DNA of 62,949 nt, filler included, from Squatina squatina (Eukaryota): assembly GCA_031763465.1 (NCBI GenBank). It is 4 parts of 4 records of this genome, joined end to end, with 100 filler letters (N's around TTAATTAATTAA, not from the genome) between each part and the next. Parts side by side here need not be neighbours in the genome. Positions count along the whole stretch, not along the records: positions 1 to 12,842 come from JARFOE010000100.1; positions 12,943 to 26,621 come from JARFOE010000219.1; 2 more parts are not named here. One strand, given 5' to 3'. A program made the translations under genes and the position numbers. Below are positions 1 to 13,844 of the stretch, piece by piece (within the stretch, counting starts at the first letter, position 1; every line of letters begins with the position of its first letter). Under the pieces are notes generated by a model. That model saw only the letters and a list, made by a program, of their open reading frames with translations, was not told where the DNA came from and searched no databases.

Positions 1-594
1 TGCCGACGAAACTTTCCATCATTTTGCTGATGATTGAGAGTAGACTGATGGAGCGGTAATTGGCCAGATTGGGTTTGTCCTGCTTTTGTGAACAGGACAT
101 ACCTGGGCAGTTTTCGACATTGCCAGTTAGATGCCAGTTTTGTAGCTGTACTGGAACAACTTGATTAGATGTGCGGCTAGTTCTAGAGCACGTCTTCAGC
201 ACTACAGCTGGGTTGTTGTCGGGTCCCATAGCCTTTGTTGTATCCAGTGCACTCAGTCATTTCTTGATATCATGTGGAGTGAACAGACTGACATCTGTGA
301 TGGTGGGGACCTCAGGAGGAGGCCGAGATAGATGATCCACTTGGCACTTCTGGCTGAAGATGATTGTGAACGCATCAACGTTGTTTTTTGCACTCACATG
401 CTGGACTCTGCCATCATTGAGGAGGGTTTATTCATTGAGCCTCCTCCTCCCGTTAGTTGTTTAATTGTCCACCACCATTCGTGACTGAATGTGGCAGGAC
501 TGCAGAGCTTTGATCTGATCCGTTGATTGTGGGATCGCTTAGCTCTGTCTATAGCATGCTGTTTCTGTCGCTTAGCATGCACGTAGTCCTGTGT
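1..594 (-). mobile_element. Decayed non-LTR retrotransposon (CR1-group LINE) ORF2 fragment, linker to RT N-terminus
   Basis: Minus strand reads, with frameshifts, KQHAIDRAKRSHNQRIRSKLCSP..EWWWTIKQLTGGGG, then AMGPDN...KQDKPNLANYRSISLLSIISK. These are the typical 'GPD' and 'NYRPISLL' motifs preceding LINE RT. Confidence 0.85.
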
Positions 595-712
595 TGTAGG
601 CCAGACCAGATTAGGACGGCAGGTTTCCTTCCCTAAAGGACATTAATGAACCAGTTGGGTTTTTCCGACCATCCGATAGCTTCATGATTACCAATACTGA
701 TACTAGCTTTTT
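595..712 (-). mobile_element. SINE body fragment (tRNA-derived shark-type SINE)
   Basis: Reverse complement contains ctggttcattaatgtcctttagggaaggaaacctgccgtcct..tctggtctggcctac, which I recognise as a common elasmobranch SINE body. A likely head of a related family is at 52158-52306. Confidence 0.6.
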
Positions 713-2019
713 TATTTACAAGCTGGTAAAAAGTAGGCAAGAAAACCAATTTTCCATGAAATTTGTAGCATATTGCTGTTGAAATTATCCTGTGCTGTGT
801 TTCCATGTGCAATGGGAGTAGACTGAGTACACCATATACTTCAGCTGTTGCCCTGAACAGCAATCACTGAGAAGTAATTTTGTGGTATTTATCTCCTGAG
901 TTAGATTTAAAAGCAGATCTGCAGAGATGGAAGTGAATGATTTAGGACTGTGCCAGAATGTTATATTTGTAAAGAAAACTATTTGGATCTGTTTCTTTGA
1001 TAAAGTTGATAAATGTCTTACAAGATGCAGTTTATATTCTTGCGAATTTTGTGCTACCCAAAAGACGTAATGGAATATTTCATATGATTGGTACTTAGCC
1101 ATTGAAGTAGCATATCTTTGAAGTCCTTTGTTACAGATCNNNNNNNNNNGGTGTGAAATAGCCCAGTGAATCTCTTAAAAGAATTTCATTCAATGAATAA
1201 TTTTGTGCTCATTTCTATTAGAAGGCTACACCACATGAGGAGCTCGTTAATAGGTGCAAAAATTGTCCTTTGTAATCGACTAGCATGGGATAATTTTTAA
1301 GCTTTGCATGACAGGCTTGTCAATAATTACTATAACTGCTGTGGCTGTATTTTAAATGATTTATTATCAGTATCATAGCTGAAAGAATTCATACAATACA
1401 GCAGCATATTATTAAGTTATAAATTGGGATAATTGCATTGGAAGAAGCCAGTGGAGTAAGAGTACAGTTTAGTGAGTACAGGAGTTTGGCCTGAGCTGAA
1501 GTGTAGCTAGCTTAATGCAACTTTCAACTATTTTAAATTGTGAGTCTATTTACTGTGGCAGATAAGTCAAAACTAGTATTGTGGGAAGCTTGAATAATGT
1601 GGAAGTTTCAGGAACTGAATTTTTGGAGCTAGAGATGTAAGAGGTGGTTCCAGGTGGACAAGCTTGAGGTTATTGAACTTGAGAAACAATGAGTAACATG
1701 CCACATTATTTGGCAAGGGTGGGTAGTGGGGGTGGAAGAAGAGCTCTTAAAAGACACGTGGCGAGAGATTCTTGGGCTACAGCTAGAGAGAACTAGAGGA
1801 GGGAAAGTGGGTGTCTCTCTGTCGTTGGGGAAACAGGATTTAGGTCGAGGCAATGCACAAACTGCTGGGGTTCTGAAGCTGACTGATGTTTATTGCTGGA
1901 TAGCTATGATGCATGTGAANNNNNNNNNNNNNNNNNNNNNNNNNNNNNNNNNNNNNNNNNNNNNNNNNNNNNNNNNNNNNNNNNNNNNNNNNNNNNNNNN
2001 NNNNNNNNNNNNNNNNNNN

Positions 2020-2102
2020 GTGCTCAAGTCTCTAGAGCGGGACCTGAACTCACAACCTTCTGACTCAGAGGCGGGAATGCTACCAACTGAGCCACAGCTG
2101 AC
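2020..2102 (-). mobile_element. tRNA-derived SINE head
   Basis: Reverse complement gtggctcagttggtagc...tcagaaggttgtgagttcaggtccc has Pol III A-box- and B-box-like motifs but no full cloverleaf. Confidence 0.65.
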
Positions 2103-2944
2103 TACACCAACCTTGTGAAATGAGGGCTATATTGGCAGGAATTTTATTTTACATACATGTGATAAATCACGATATCTAAACAGCTGATCCAGCATCAATA
2201 GAAGAGCCTGGTGCTTAACATGCAAAAAGATTATGATGTTAGTTGCAGTTGGTAACCCTTGAATTTTTATTCAAAATTTCTTTATATCCCTCATTGGGTC
2301 TTCGAAATCTGGCAAATCTCATTACTCAACAACATAATAAGGTACGTGTAGACACAGTAATACTTTGTATTCAGTATCAAATCCTACTTTTTCACATAAT
2401 ATGATATTTCTCAGATAAAGCATAATAGAATGTTATTTCAGCTCCCCTGACATCCAGATCCTGTTACTGATGACAGTGATGTGCCCTGAAGACTATTGAG
2501 AGCGACCTCGTGTAGCTGATCATTTATCACAGGATATACTCCAATCATGTTACCACCATCCCTTATTTCCGTTTGGCCAGTTCCTTACCAAAGTAAAATG
2601 TTGTAGTGTTATGAAAGATACATGTACTGCTGGCTTGTTATTCTCTTCAAAACAACATTGATTTCAAGGTTTTATTTCTTGGAACTGATGGAAAACATGC
2701 TTTTGAGAGGTACATTTTAGATGTACAATTTGGATTGAATTGGAAGTCTGAAAATTACTTTGTTTGGTCTACAATGCAGCACATTGTTTTTAACATTATA
2801 GTTTCAAGGTCACGTTCAGTGCCTGTAATTTTAAAATATTCCTAAAACATAAGGCCAGGCCTGTGTTAAGTTTAGCAAGGTTGTCATAAAGGGTGAATAA
2901 CACTGTATCAACATTTTAATTTAGTTCAATAATGAATAACAGAG

Positions 2945-3270
2945 TAGAGAAGCAAAGGGACCATGGTGTGCTGATACAGCGATAATTAAATGTGGCAGTG
3001 CAAGTAAATAAGGCCACGAAGAAATAGGCAACAGAATTATTACTTTTGTATGTCGAGGCAGAGAATACATAAGATGGGATGTAATGTTGAATTTCTACAA
3101 GAACTTAGTTAGAGAATTGTGTGCAGTTTTGGGCACCCCATTATAGGAAGGATATGAAAGTAATGGAATAGATGCAGCATATATTCAGCAGGACATTACC
3201 AGGGATGGGGACTTAGTATTCTGCAGAGTGACTTGAAAATATAGAGCTTTTTATCTGGTGAGGTTATGGA
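2945..3270 (+). mobile_element. Decayed CR1 LINE ORF2 C-terminal fragment
   Basis: Remnants resembling VMLNFYKNLVR..CVQFWAPHYRKD, the CR1 ORF2 C-terminal signature, with stops and frameshifts. Confidence 0.75.
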
Positions 3271-6200
3271 ACTTCTACATACATTGAAACTAAGTGCTGA
3301 GGGTGATGGTAGAGGCACTGGCCCTTTCAACCATTTCTGTTCACAGNNNNNNNNNNNNNNNNNNNNNNNNNNNNNNNNNNNNNNNNNNNNNNNNNNNNNN
3401 NNNNNNNNNNNNNNNNNNNNNNNNNNNNNNNNNNNNNNNNNNNNNNGCCGATCGCACCTCTGTCACACCATTCTGCCCTCCCCCCCCCCCCCACCATTGC
3501 CAGCACACTATCTGGTGTGCCGGTACTTTTTTGCACTGGGTCCTGGGTCTCTGGTGGTCCAGCGGCCCTGGATCCCCAGTGGCCATTTAAGTCTGTTGCC
3601 CTTGCCTTTAAGGTAGGAGGCGGGGCTACAACTTATGCATGCACGGTTGCGCTGGCAGCGACCTGGTAGTGACGTGGCATTGGCTGGGTCAGCACAGGCA
3701 TCGCCGTGGCAACACTTGTTTGGCGTTGCCACGTTACGTTGACCCGGAAAGGTGACAAAGCCACCAAGGCCGCATCCCCGAGGCTTGCCCACTCCCGTTT
3801 CTGGCCAATCCAATTGGGGCCCCCTAAATTTTTTCTTTCTTTTTATTCTTCCTTTGTTTACTATAGCCACTCGCAAAATAGAGCTGGCAGTTAGGACTGA
3901 GTGCGAAGTACTTCTGGCACTTCCTCTGTCATTCCCAATGACCACAATGTGTTTGTTGCTGGTATGCAACATTGCTGCTGTGAGGAAAGTACATTTTCAT
4001 AATTTACAGTGAACATTATTTAACATTGGGTACTGTTATATCCCTTCAATAAATCATCAGTGCAATAAGATAGCGCAACAGCTTTAATTCTAACGTATTG
4101 TTAATAGTAGATTACTGTACCTTTTAACAATGTATTAAGATACAAAAATGGGCTACATTTCTGAAAACTCATTTTTAAACCCCTCTCTCCAGCCAAAAGA
4201 CACTCTCCATTCCCCTTGAAAGTAAGGGAAAATCCGAAAACATTTGGGTTACTAAGCCAGTAGGCAGTGCAATCTTTAAGTTAATTATATGGTTCTCCTA
4301 TTCTGTCCAATAGTTTCACCTTAATTCAAGGGCAGTTCTAAATCTGCACAGCACAGCTCCTTGGTTCATCAAGATCACTGTTCTATACCTTCTGTATGAC
4401 ATTGAAAGGTTATCTTGTTGCCATGACAGCATAACCAGATCAGATCTGTGTCCTTTTCAACCTTTGATGTCAGAGAATAACTAGAATCACTCTATGTACA
4501 TGGGATAGAATATAATTTAACAAGTCATGTTATGTAAATGTAAAGAGAATATACAAGTTATTAACATTGTACGTAAGTATAAAGAGGATACATAAGTTAT
4601 TTGCACTGACTTGATGTCAAATATGGGCCACTAAAATTTGCTAAATGTCTGAATGATATTTGTCAAACAAAACTATGGAATATTCCAAGATTAAGCATTT
4701 CATAGGAAGGTCTGACTGAATCAATATGCACACTTATGGTACTATTTATGATCCTGTAAAAGATTCAACTTCCAGTTGCACTTCTTTGATGCTGTACATC
4801 TTCATCCATTTTATTGGTCTGTATTGCATTGGTCTTACTGAGTCCAGCAGTAAGAAATGGTTTTCTCTGCAGTCTGCAAAGTGTGGCTATGCTATGCCAT
4901 CACTAGTTAGATATAGGATTACCAGAAGTTATTGATAGTAACAAGTAAGGCTGAGCTTCCTGAGGGATTTGAACTATTCAACATTTTTTTCCAACCATCT
5001 TTCCTGCTTGTTTACTCCAGTACAGTCCAGATGAAATCATCAAGCGAGGCAGATGATTCTCTGTAACTGAAGAAATGATAACTTGGTGCCATGATAAAAT
5101 TGAACTGGGTGGACAATGTCAGTACAATCTTTATGCAAGCATTGAAAATGATGTGCCATTGTTCAGCCAGTGATCTGTATTTTCTGCTTGCAGTAATCCA
5201 ATCACGACCAAATTTGATGCTGAGTCAACAACTCAAATTTAACTTTGTCTTTAGATATTGCAGAGGGGCACTTGCTGAAGAAAACTAGAAAGTAAAAACG
5301 TGTGTAGGAAGAAGTAGATGCCTGTTTTAGTCTATGACATTAGAACAGGGATTTAGAATGGTTTCTTAGGATCAAAAGTTAAGGAATGCTGAGACTGTCA
5401 TGAATATACTAGAACATCTTACTTCGTTCGTGATGCACTTAATATTCCTTTGTCATTGACCCACTGAGATCAGTCTAACTTCCTATTACAAAATTAATTG
5501 GTTATATCAGNNNNNNNNNNNNNNNNNNNNNNNNNNNNNNNNNNNNNNNNNNNNNNNNNNNNNNNNNNNNNNNNNNNNNNNNNNNNNNNNNNNNNNNNNN
5601 NNNNNNNNNNCTACTTTTACCCATGACCCCAGTAAGTTCCCGAAATTCATTCGCTTATACAAATGATGTGCCATGCACACTCGTAAAAGACCATCATAGC
5701 TTAGACCTCTATTAGTTTATCTCTTTGAAAATGTACTTACAATGGTATAAAGTTTTCAGGGTGAAAAAAAAATCAGCTACAACGTTATTCAACTAAATTG
5801 CAACATCAGTTGTTTTTGTCTATTGTTAATGTTGTACAAATACCCCTGCAGTGAAATTTTGTAAGAATCAGGCAGTTAATTTATAAATAGTCATTCATTA
5901 ATTTCCTTAGTTATCTTGTGTAATGCAGTGCAGCACTCCCGGCATATAATTATGCAAGTAGTGGATTGCAGTTTCTAGAGAACTTAATTTTCTGTGACAT
6001 ATCTATCTCTTTGATAAAAATGGACCACAGAATGGGGGTCGTGGGGGAGGGAAAGCAAACACTCTGGAAGGTTTTCAGGCTTACTGCATTCTGCAGATGT
6101 ATCAAGATCTCTTTTGAGAACTGATATTTTCATAATTATATCTAAAAATGAAGGCTCTGAAATGACAGCATGGATACCAGTGTACAAATGCAAAACACAC

Positions 6201-9200
6201 TCATCTGAAATTCATCTCTCAGTTAGCAGAGAATTTAATCTGCTTACAATAAATGAATTGATGCCACCACTAAAATAGCAGAGAGAAATTTCAAATAAAT
6301 GCATGAAACATTCTTACAGTTGTATCCCATGGCATAATTACAGGGTTTTAATATATCTGCCCTCTGCCAGCAGGTTGGTTAGAAAATACAGCAGCGGAGC
6401 CCAACTGGAAGCAACTCTTTTCTAATTATACACGACTAATGAGTCATGTACAAAAAAAATACAATGCACTATTATGTTACTTTAAAATGTTCCTTATTCA
6501 TCAATCTTCTTTATCTAACAAATGTTTATGCTAATTAATTTGTCGTTTCATGTGTAAAGCTTATTTTTTTCCAATGTTATTAACTACTTAAATAATCTAA
6601 AATATTATCAGCTCTGAAATGGATAGAAATCCAATTTCCCTTTTAATTTACACTTTGGCATTGCAGAATCAGCTGCACCCATTTTTATCGTAGTAATCTT
6701 GTTAGCCCCCATGTTGGTTTTTACCAGACCTTTGTTGCGTACAAATTATTTCTCCTTGAGCAAAATTCCGCTGCACAAAAACGGGAATTCACCCTTTATT
6801 ACCTGGCACCTGAGTATCCTTTCAAAATGTATTCCCGTTTGATCAATCTCATTCTTACTCCCATGTAGTTTCATTTTATTAGATNNNNNNNNNNNNNNNN
6901 NNNNNNNNNNNNNNNNNNNNNNNNNNNNNNNNNNNNNNNNNNNNNNNNNNNNNNNNNNNNNNNNNNNNNNNNNNNNNNNNNNNNTCCCAATATCATTTAA
7001 GCTCTGTCCACAGGCCAGTCCTTTATTTTATTATTTCCTAATGTTGCAACAGAGTCATTGTCGTTGTCTTCTCAGATGCTGACGTTCCAAAAGAATATTG
7101 TTTTGCTGTGGAATTGGCTAATTTCAGCTGGTAAAGTTTCATTGTCCTCCACATCGTGAATTTTAGCATTGATGTGTCAACTTACTATGTTGAAAATAAA
7201 ATGCCTCATTACATGCCCACACCAATCGTCAAGTTTTGCTGAATCTTTGCTGGGACATTTTCCTCAAGCTTCACTTGCCTCGTGTTCATTTATTAGGAGC
7301 TGGTCTGCCATATAAAGAGGCAGTGCAACTGCAAATCAGCAAGGAAAAGCAATGGGCACATTGGTCACGAGCAGTCTTTCTCCAGCTCGTGTTCACTGTT
7401 GGTGCCAAACAAGTTAAAGACCATCTTATTTACCACATACTGTTTTGTTTTAATAAGAAATGTATGCATGTGGTGCTTGTTTGCTAAATAGCGGCTGAGT
7501 AATGATTAGAAGCATTTTTCAATTTCAATGCGATTGGTGTTTCTGTGGTGAAATGTTATTTATTTTCCGTGAATCTCTGGAACCAACATTTAATCCAAAA
7601 TTGTGAAATTTTAATGCACATTAATATTTGCTCTTCTGGCCGAATGAATTTTATTTAAATCATTCACTGCCTCGTACATCATCATTCTGCTCACATAACC
7701 AGCTGTGATGCCTCTGCTATTTTTAATTATAGCAGTTTGATTATACAACAGGTCTGTAGACTGAAGACAAGGCATAAATATTCCAGTTTGCACTGTATAA
7801 AAATGCTACTCATATCTCATCATCATGTTCCCAGAGCACTGCCATATCATCACCTTTCTCATATTGTCAGTCGAGTTAACTCTTGTAATGTGTGCAGCCG
7901 AGTACATTAAACATTGCAACATCAGGCAATGTATTTACTCACTGCTTGAAATGTTTCACTTCCTTTGAATCCCTGCTTGCCTCTGTCGCTTCTATTCATT
8001 ATACTGTCACCCTGACCTAAATTTGAAGGGCAGGCTGGCTTCCGATGTCTTGTCCGAGCATTTTTTCTATTTTTGCTTTTCTTACAGCTCAGTTCTGGAT
8101 CTTTGTCTGTCACCCAAAATGCCACACCACATTATTTGTTTCACAGATTAGCTTNNNNNNNNNNNNNNNNNNNNNNNNNNNNNNNNNNNNNNNNNNNNNN
8201 NNNNNNNNNNNNNNNNNNNNNNNNNNNNNNNNNNNNNNNNNNNNNNNNNNNNNNATTGAGAGTAATACATGGAACAATTATTCTAAATACTGAGTGCAAT
8301 GTAATCCTGATTAGTGTTATTCTCACAATACAGTGGACACATTTTGAAAAGTGACGTTATTTTTTATGGGGAAGATAAGGTGTGTTGGCAAACATTAAAA
8401 GTACAATGAAGAGTTTTTCACCTTCAACAAAATTGGTTACTAAATAAAGCAGCTGTATGGCATCGTGATCAATAATACATCCTCCCCTGCTATTCTGCCA
8501 CCTTGATTCTATTTCTCACAACGTCAACCTATTCAGCTTTGACTACATTTAAAATCAATATTCAGAATATCATTAGAGGCAAGTGACCACACTCTAATAA
8601 CCTGGAATATGAATGTGCTCCCATAACCTTTTCTGCACGTTTTCTATTTTTTTAAAGTTCCCTTCGGACAACTTCCTTTGCATAGAATTATTTATTCTGC
8701 AAATGGAACAGACAGAAATCACAGGTTGGCAATATACAACAAATCAGCAGTGTCAATGTTTCAGAGGTTTTACTTCAATGAATAAAATCAAAAACATACA
8801 CATCGTACTCTTCGCAGTTAGTTGGCCCTAACTAGTTTTGAAATGACTCTTTTTGTTACATCTGACGTGTGATTTTTCATATTCTCCTTGATGCTCATTT
8901 TTAAGTGTCATGTTTGCGGTTTGAATATTTTTGGGGGTATTTCCTTCCTCCAACTCACGCTACTGTCATTAAGAAATGCTTGTAAGCATCCAGCTTTTGA
9001 GGATGAAAGATGTGGCGTGTCTTAGAGATAGGAAGGAAGAAATACCCACAGCACTACTGTGCTGCCGAAAGGTGGACTGGGACAGAACCTGCACCTGCCA
9101 CTTTAGCTTGGAGATACCCCAATATCACAGGAATGGTGTCATTTATAATAAAAGGGGTGTGTGCTTGCACTGGTGTGGTGCAACAGGAGTGCCTGCCCAA

Positions 9201-9937
9201 CCAGCCCAGTGGAAATTTGCATCAGCATCTTGCCAACATCTGTATAACAGGCCTGTAGGAGCGAAGAATATAGGCAGTGCTAAAAGAATTTTTATAAGGG
9301 CAAAACATTGGCAGGCTAAATTCAAATGTAAATTGATTCCTCTGGGTAGTGGGGCTCACTTGTGGCTCAGAATGGCACCTATGCTTGCTGTCAGCGAATG
9401 CAGATACCGGTGGACCTACCAGAAGCATACATGGTGGGATCGATGGGGTAACAGGGAACCCCACACCCTCTCTTCAGACACCCGACCTGCCCAGATGCTG
9501 TGGGGCAGAACAGATGCCCGTGCCCTTGGGTGGAATTTGTTGCACCTGTGTAAATGGAAACGCAAGAGATATTGGTTCTGTCCCAAATTCCAAGTCCTCC
9601 AACATAATTTCACTTTAAACCTTTCCCCCACACTCCTCCCCCCACCTCCCCACAGGGGATGCATCTTCTANNNNNNNNNNNNNNNNNNNNNNNNNNNNNN
9701 NNNNNNNNNNNNNNNNNNNNNNNNNNNNNNNNNNNNNNNNNNNNNNNNNNNNNNNNNNNNNNNNNNNNNNCAGAAGCATATCGACCTGCTAATAGAGACA
9801 GATCATGGTGCTCTGATTTAGGATTTATCCACCAATGAGACAACAGTATGAAGAACAGCCCTGTGCAAACCCCCCAGCTCCTGAAATCAAACAGGAGTAA
9901 GATAGTTAAGCCGGCAGCTCGCCCAGAGCATTGAAAT

Positions 9938-10060
9938 TTAGAAGGATATAGTGATACGGTCAGATGAAGTAGGGTGGGAGGAGGTTCATGTGAAGCATAA
10001 ACACTGGCTTAGAACAGTTGGGCCGAATGGCCTATTTTTCTGCTGTAAATTCTATGTAAT
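9938..10060 (+). mobile_element. CR1 LINE 3' tail
   Basis: gggccgaatggcct...ctgtaaattctatgtaat is the typical 3' end of CR1. Confidence 0.6.
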
Positions 10061-12489
10061 TATATATATTATATGCATTTTAAAAATTGTTTTCAGAAAT
10101 GAAGAGAGAAAGAAAAGCAATCATTATAGACATTGCTTCCCCTTTAAAATGCCACAAGCTGAATGGTTTTAAACGTCATTGGTACATGAAAAGAACAATG
10201 CCTGACAAGTGTCATTTATATATGTCACCCATTTTTGCATGTCCCTGTAAAATAAGTCTATTCCAGCTTTGTTCGTTTCAGTAGTTTTACAAGCTTTGAC
10301 ATTTTTTTTCAAAAATTCAATGGTCTGACCTTGATAGAACTGTATACCTTTGTGCCAACTCAGAAGGGCTTCTGTCCCACCTCATCACCTCCATTATGAC
10401 AATCCTGTTTCTTGTATCAGACAAGTCATGGTCTCCCTGAATCAATCTGTCCAATTAGTCCCAAGTTATGGGCAGCTTTATATTCTGGACTGGTGTCTGC
10501 TGGGAACTGAATAAAAATCACTGAAAAAAGAACCTTAACTAGAAAAGCTTTTTATCCCACTGTCTGGGTTGAAATCAAAATCCAGGTCCCAGAGGTGAAA
10601 GAACATTTTCTAACCCACTATACCATCAGTCATAAAATGAGGTATCATTATGTTATTAACAGTTCACTGTCTAACCTGTGGTGGGAGAAGCATTCTTCTG
10701 TCCCTGTTGAAATTTGACTAGCCTCAAGCTACAAAGGATGATTGGATGTAGGAGCCCCTGCTGTTCGACTTATTTTCAATTAGAAATTGTACTTTTTTTT
10801 TAAAGGTGATGTATCAGTCAACTTTATTTTGAAGTATACATTGTGGAGATAAGGTGCATCTATTCATAAGATGTACTCTTCATGTGATGTCTAAAATCCA
10901 CAGTAAGTTGCACGTCATGATTTCTGAGATTGATTTGATGAGACTCACAGACTTGCAGAAGGAGGCTTCACAAAGATAATCATCATGAAGAAGCTGTCTG
11001 TTTCCTTGTAGATAGGCTTCTGCAAAGTGGCTGCTTTTGAATTCTTTTGCAAGATTAGGGCTTTGAATGACATGAGAAGGAAAATGTTTAGACTCAAATA
11101 ACAGTGTAGAAATCAAATTGCTTCTTCCTAAAAGGTGAGGCTAGCCGAGAAAAATGAAGGCCCCTCTGTGAAAATTGCATTCTCCCACATGTGCATAACT
11201 GCAAAATCCTTTCTACTATAATAGCCATAAAATTAGAAAAAAAACCTTCTCTCCCTATTTCACAGTCTGTAAGCAATATGCTAAATGTAGTTCAGTTGAT
11301 GAATGCATTCCTCACATCAAACTGAGTCATACAGGCCCGGAAGAGTTCCAGCTTCCAACTCCAGTCAGTATTGATCAGCCGACCTTAGGAAGGGCTACGC
11401 ACCTCTGGATTAAGAATATGAAAAATATGTGGCTCAATAACTTCCATTGAAAAATTACAATTGCCCAGGCTTTCATACCCCCTCCTGTGATTTAATAGCC
11501 TGCTGGCCGACAGAGGTGAATTTCTGTGGAGGTTCCCCCACTTACTTNNNNNNNNNNNNNNNNNNNNNNNNNNNNNNNNNNNNNNNNNNNNNNNNNNNNN
11601 NNNNNNNNNNNNNNNNNNNNNNNNNNNNNNNNNNNNNNNNNNNNNNNCACTCCCCTGCCCGGGGCGAAAATTAATTAGCCCCCGAAGGTACTAACAGGGA
11701 TATAAAAAGGGGCAATTTTGGCCCCTGAATCTTCTCAAAATACATTGACTGCTGCAAAGTTATGGAGAATTTTCCTAAATTCTACACTTTTAATATGACT
11801 GCAGTAATAATGTTTTTAAAGTAATGCTGCAGAGACTGTTGTTCAAATTGAAAACTGGGACCTCTTATCCTTTCAATCATTGTGTCAGCGGGAGACTGTA
11901 AAGATAACAACCAGTGGTTAGTGTGAGGAGTTGATCCTTTGGCTGGCGCCTTGTAAAAAATCAATAGCAATTTTTTTTAGATAATAGCAATATTTTATTC
12001 TACTTGATTTCCTCATAATGGCACATGCGTCATCACATTTAATGAAACCTGAGACCAGGAGTTTTGCGTATGAGGATAAAGAATTAATACAAGGCACATG
12101 GTCTGTGGCTTCTCACTTATTAGTATTGTGAGATTCTAATCTTTTTTATAACAACTTTATCAACTTGTCCTCCTACTTTTAAAATTATTTCTTATTGATT
12201 TCTAATATACACATTATAAATAAGAGAGATACTTATCTTTTCACCAACAGATACTAACATTCAGCAGTGCTGATCTCTGTTTTTATTGCTGAAGGCCAGG
12301 TGTGTTCAAAGACAGTACGAGTGACTGTTCAATGCTTATCACACTCAATCCCTGCTCTCCCCCCAAATCCTAAAATGCGATATTCGTTTATTGGAAGAAT
12401 CAAAGGCTGAATGAGCTTTGCTGGGATCGAATCACAGGGCACACTGGTCCTCATCCAGCATCAAACGTTTCCAGCTCTTATAATTATGA

Positions 12490-12615
12490 TAATTGAGTAA
12501 GAAACAGTTGAAGGGCTATGAGGGAAGTGCGGAAGAGTGGGACTAATTGGAGAGCTCTTCCAGAGAGCTGGCACAGGCATAATGGGCCAAATGGCCTCCT
12601 CGTGTGCAGTAACAT
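12490..12615 (+). mobile_element. CR1 LINE 3' tail
   Basis: gagtgggactaattggagagctcttccagagagctggcacaggcataatgggccaaatggcctcct is the same tail as the copies at 20545, 47060 and 59935. Confidence 0.7.
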
Positions 12616-12886
12616 TGTATAAAAGTACACAGAACTAAAGAACATTATCTGCATATGTGGCTGATGCAATTTTGAGTGTTTATATGAAGATGTAGAGCAT
12701 ATGTAAGAGAATGCAGATGAAAGCACTGGTAAAAGTAATAACAGAGTATTGACAAGACAGAATCTTCTAGATTATGCAAAGCCAAATATGTTTGGCAGTA
12801 AAAACGGTTCCAGGTTGTTGAAAGTTGCTCTTATGTAGATTANNNNNNNNNNNNNNNNNNNNNNNNNNNNNNNNNNNNNNNNNNNN

Positions 12887-12898
12887 TTAATTAATTAA
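12887..12898. other. Artificial six-frame-stop scaffold linker TTAATTAATTAA
   Basis: 12-mer flanked by exactly 44 N on each side (100 nt in total). The identical structure recurs twice more. Confidence 0.97.
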
Positions 12899-13752
12899 NN
12901 NNNNNNNNNNNNNNNNNNNNNNNNNNNNNNNNNNNNNNNNNNAGAGAAAGACATGGAGAAAGACAGGGAGAAGGGCATGGGGCAAGGCAGGCAGCAAATA
13001 AAGTCTGTTAACAGAGGCTGAGAGTATACCAGCCCCAAAAAGTCAATCAAGGAGTGGAGGGTGGGGAGCAGGGCAGAAGGAGGCTACCAGAGAAAGTCTA
13101 TATGTAGGAGTAAGACAGCCTCAAGCAGTCCATGAAGGTAGGGGGCGGGGCGGGGGAAGGTTCAGGCTCCAAAATCCTGAATGCCCATTGGTGCACTCCA
13201 GGGTAGGTAGTGGATGGGGTATCAGGGCCGACATGGCACGAGGGCCGAGCTGCACTAAATTAACCGTCGGTGAAGAGTTGGGTGGGATGTATGTTGGTGT
13301 ATGCTCTTATCAAGGGGTGGGACGCCAAATCATGGTTGGGGGTGGGGGTTGCAAACACTGCAACCATTATTTATTGCTTCATCTGTATTAGATCCTCTAG
13401 AAAATTCAAATATTTGCCAATTCTACTGCCACTGCTAACTAAATTGTCCCATCTTCATTTTTATCCGTTAACTTCAAAAATCAAATATATATCTTTGCTG
13501 CAACACTTTATTTTCCACTCATTTTGCTCAACATACCAAAAATAATCAAGTACAGCTCGTTCTTTACAGCAAACCACTTTGAATGGTCTAACCAACACCA
13601 AAGAAGTTTGGAATGGTCCATTGAAATTCTATATGCACCACAATATTCCAAATATTCACTACAACCAGTACACCAGTGGAGCATTGTAAAACTGTACTCA
13701 TGGCAAACTTTAAGTTATGACAACCAGCTTCAGTGATACAGAAACTTCTTAC

Positions 13753-13844
13753 CTTGTGTTGGAGAGTACCTATGCTGCTTTCGAATAATATACAGTATGG
13801 GTTCCTGAGCATGTAGCAGAATGTATTCCAAACCAGTCATATTG
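13753..13844 (-). CDS. MED6: Mediator subunit 6, internal exon (92 nt; equivalent to human exon 3)
   Basis: Acceptor ttttgttctgctgcag, donor gtaaga. Translates [30 protein letters not shown], matching MED6 (human ..[27 protein letters not shown]). Divergently oriented to TTC9 as in mammals. This frame is absent from the supplied ORF track. Confidence 0.95.

Noticed and set aside
2020-2102. Possible tRNA gene
   Set aside because: Only A/B-box-like motifs without a complete cloverleaf, so it is a SINE head.
7077-7131. AG/GT-bounded segment in block 1 that looks like a small exon
   Set aside because: No frame gave a peptide I could recognise, and such splice-like boundaries are common by chance.
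8976-9821. Longest ORF in block 1 (281 aa)
   Set aside because: No recognisable domain, a Trp/Cys-rich random composition, and it spans an N gap. It probably overlies a decayed GC-richer repeat.
12887-12898. Repeated TTAATTAATTAA as a biological repeat, CRISPR-like unit or piggyBac TTAA site
   Set aside because: Always centred in exactly 88 N, so it is an assembly linker.
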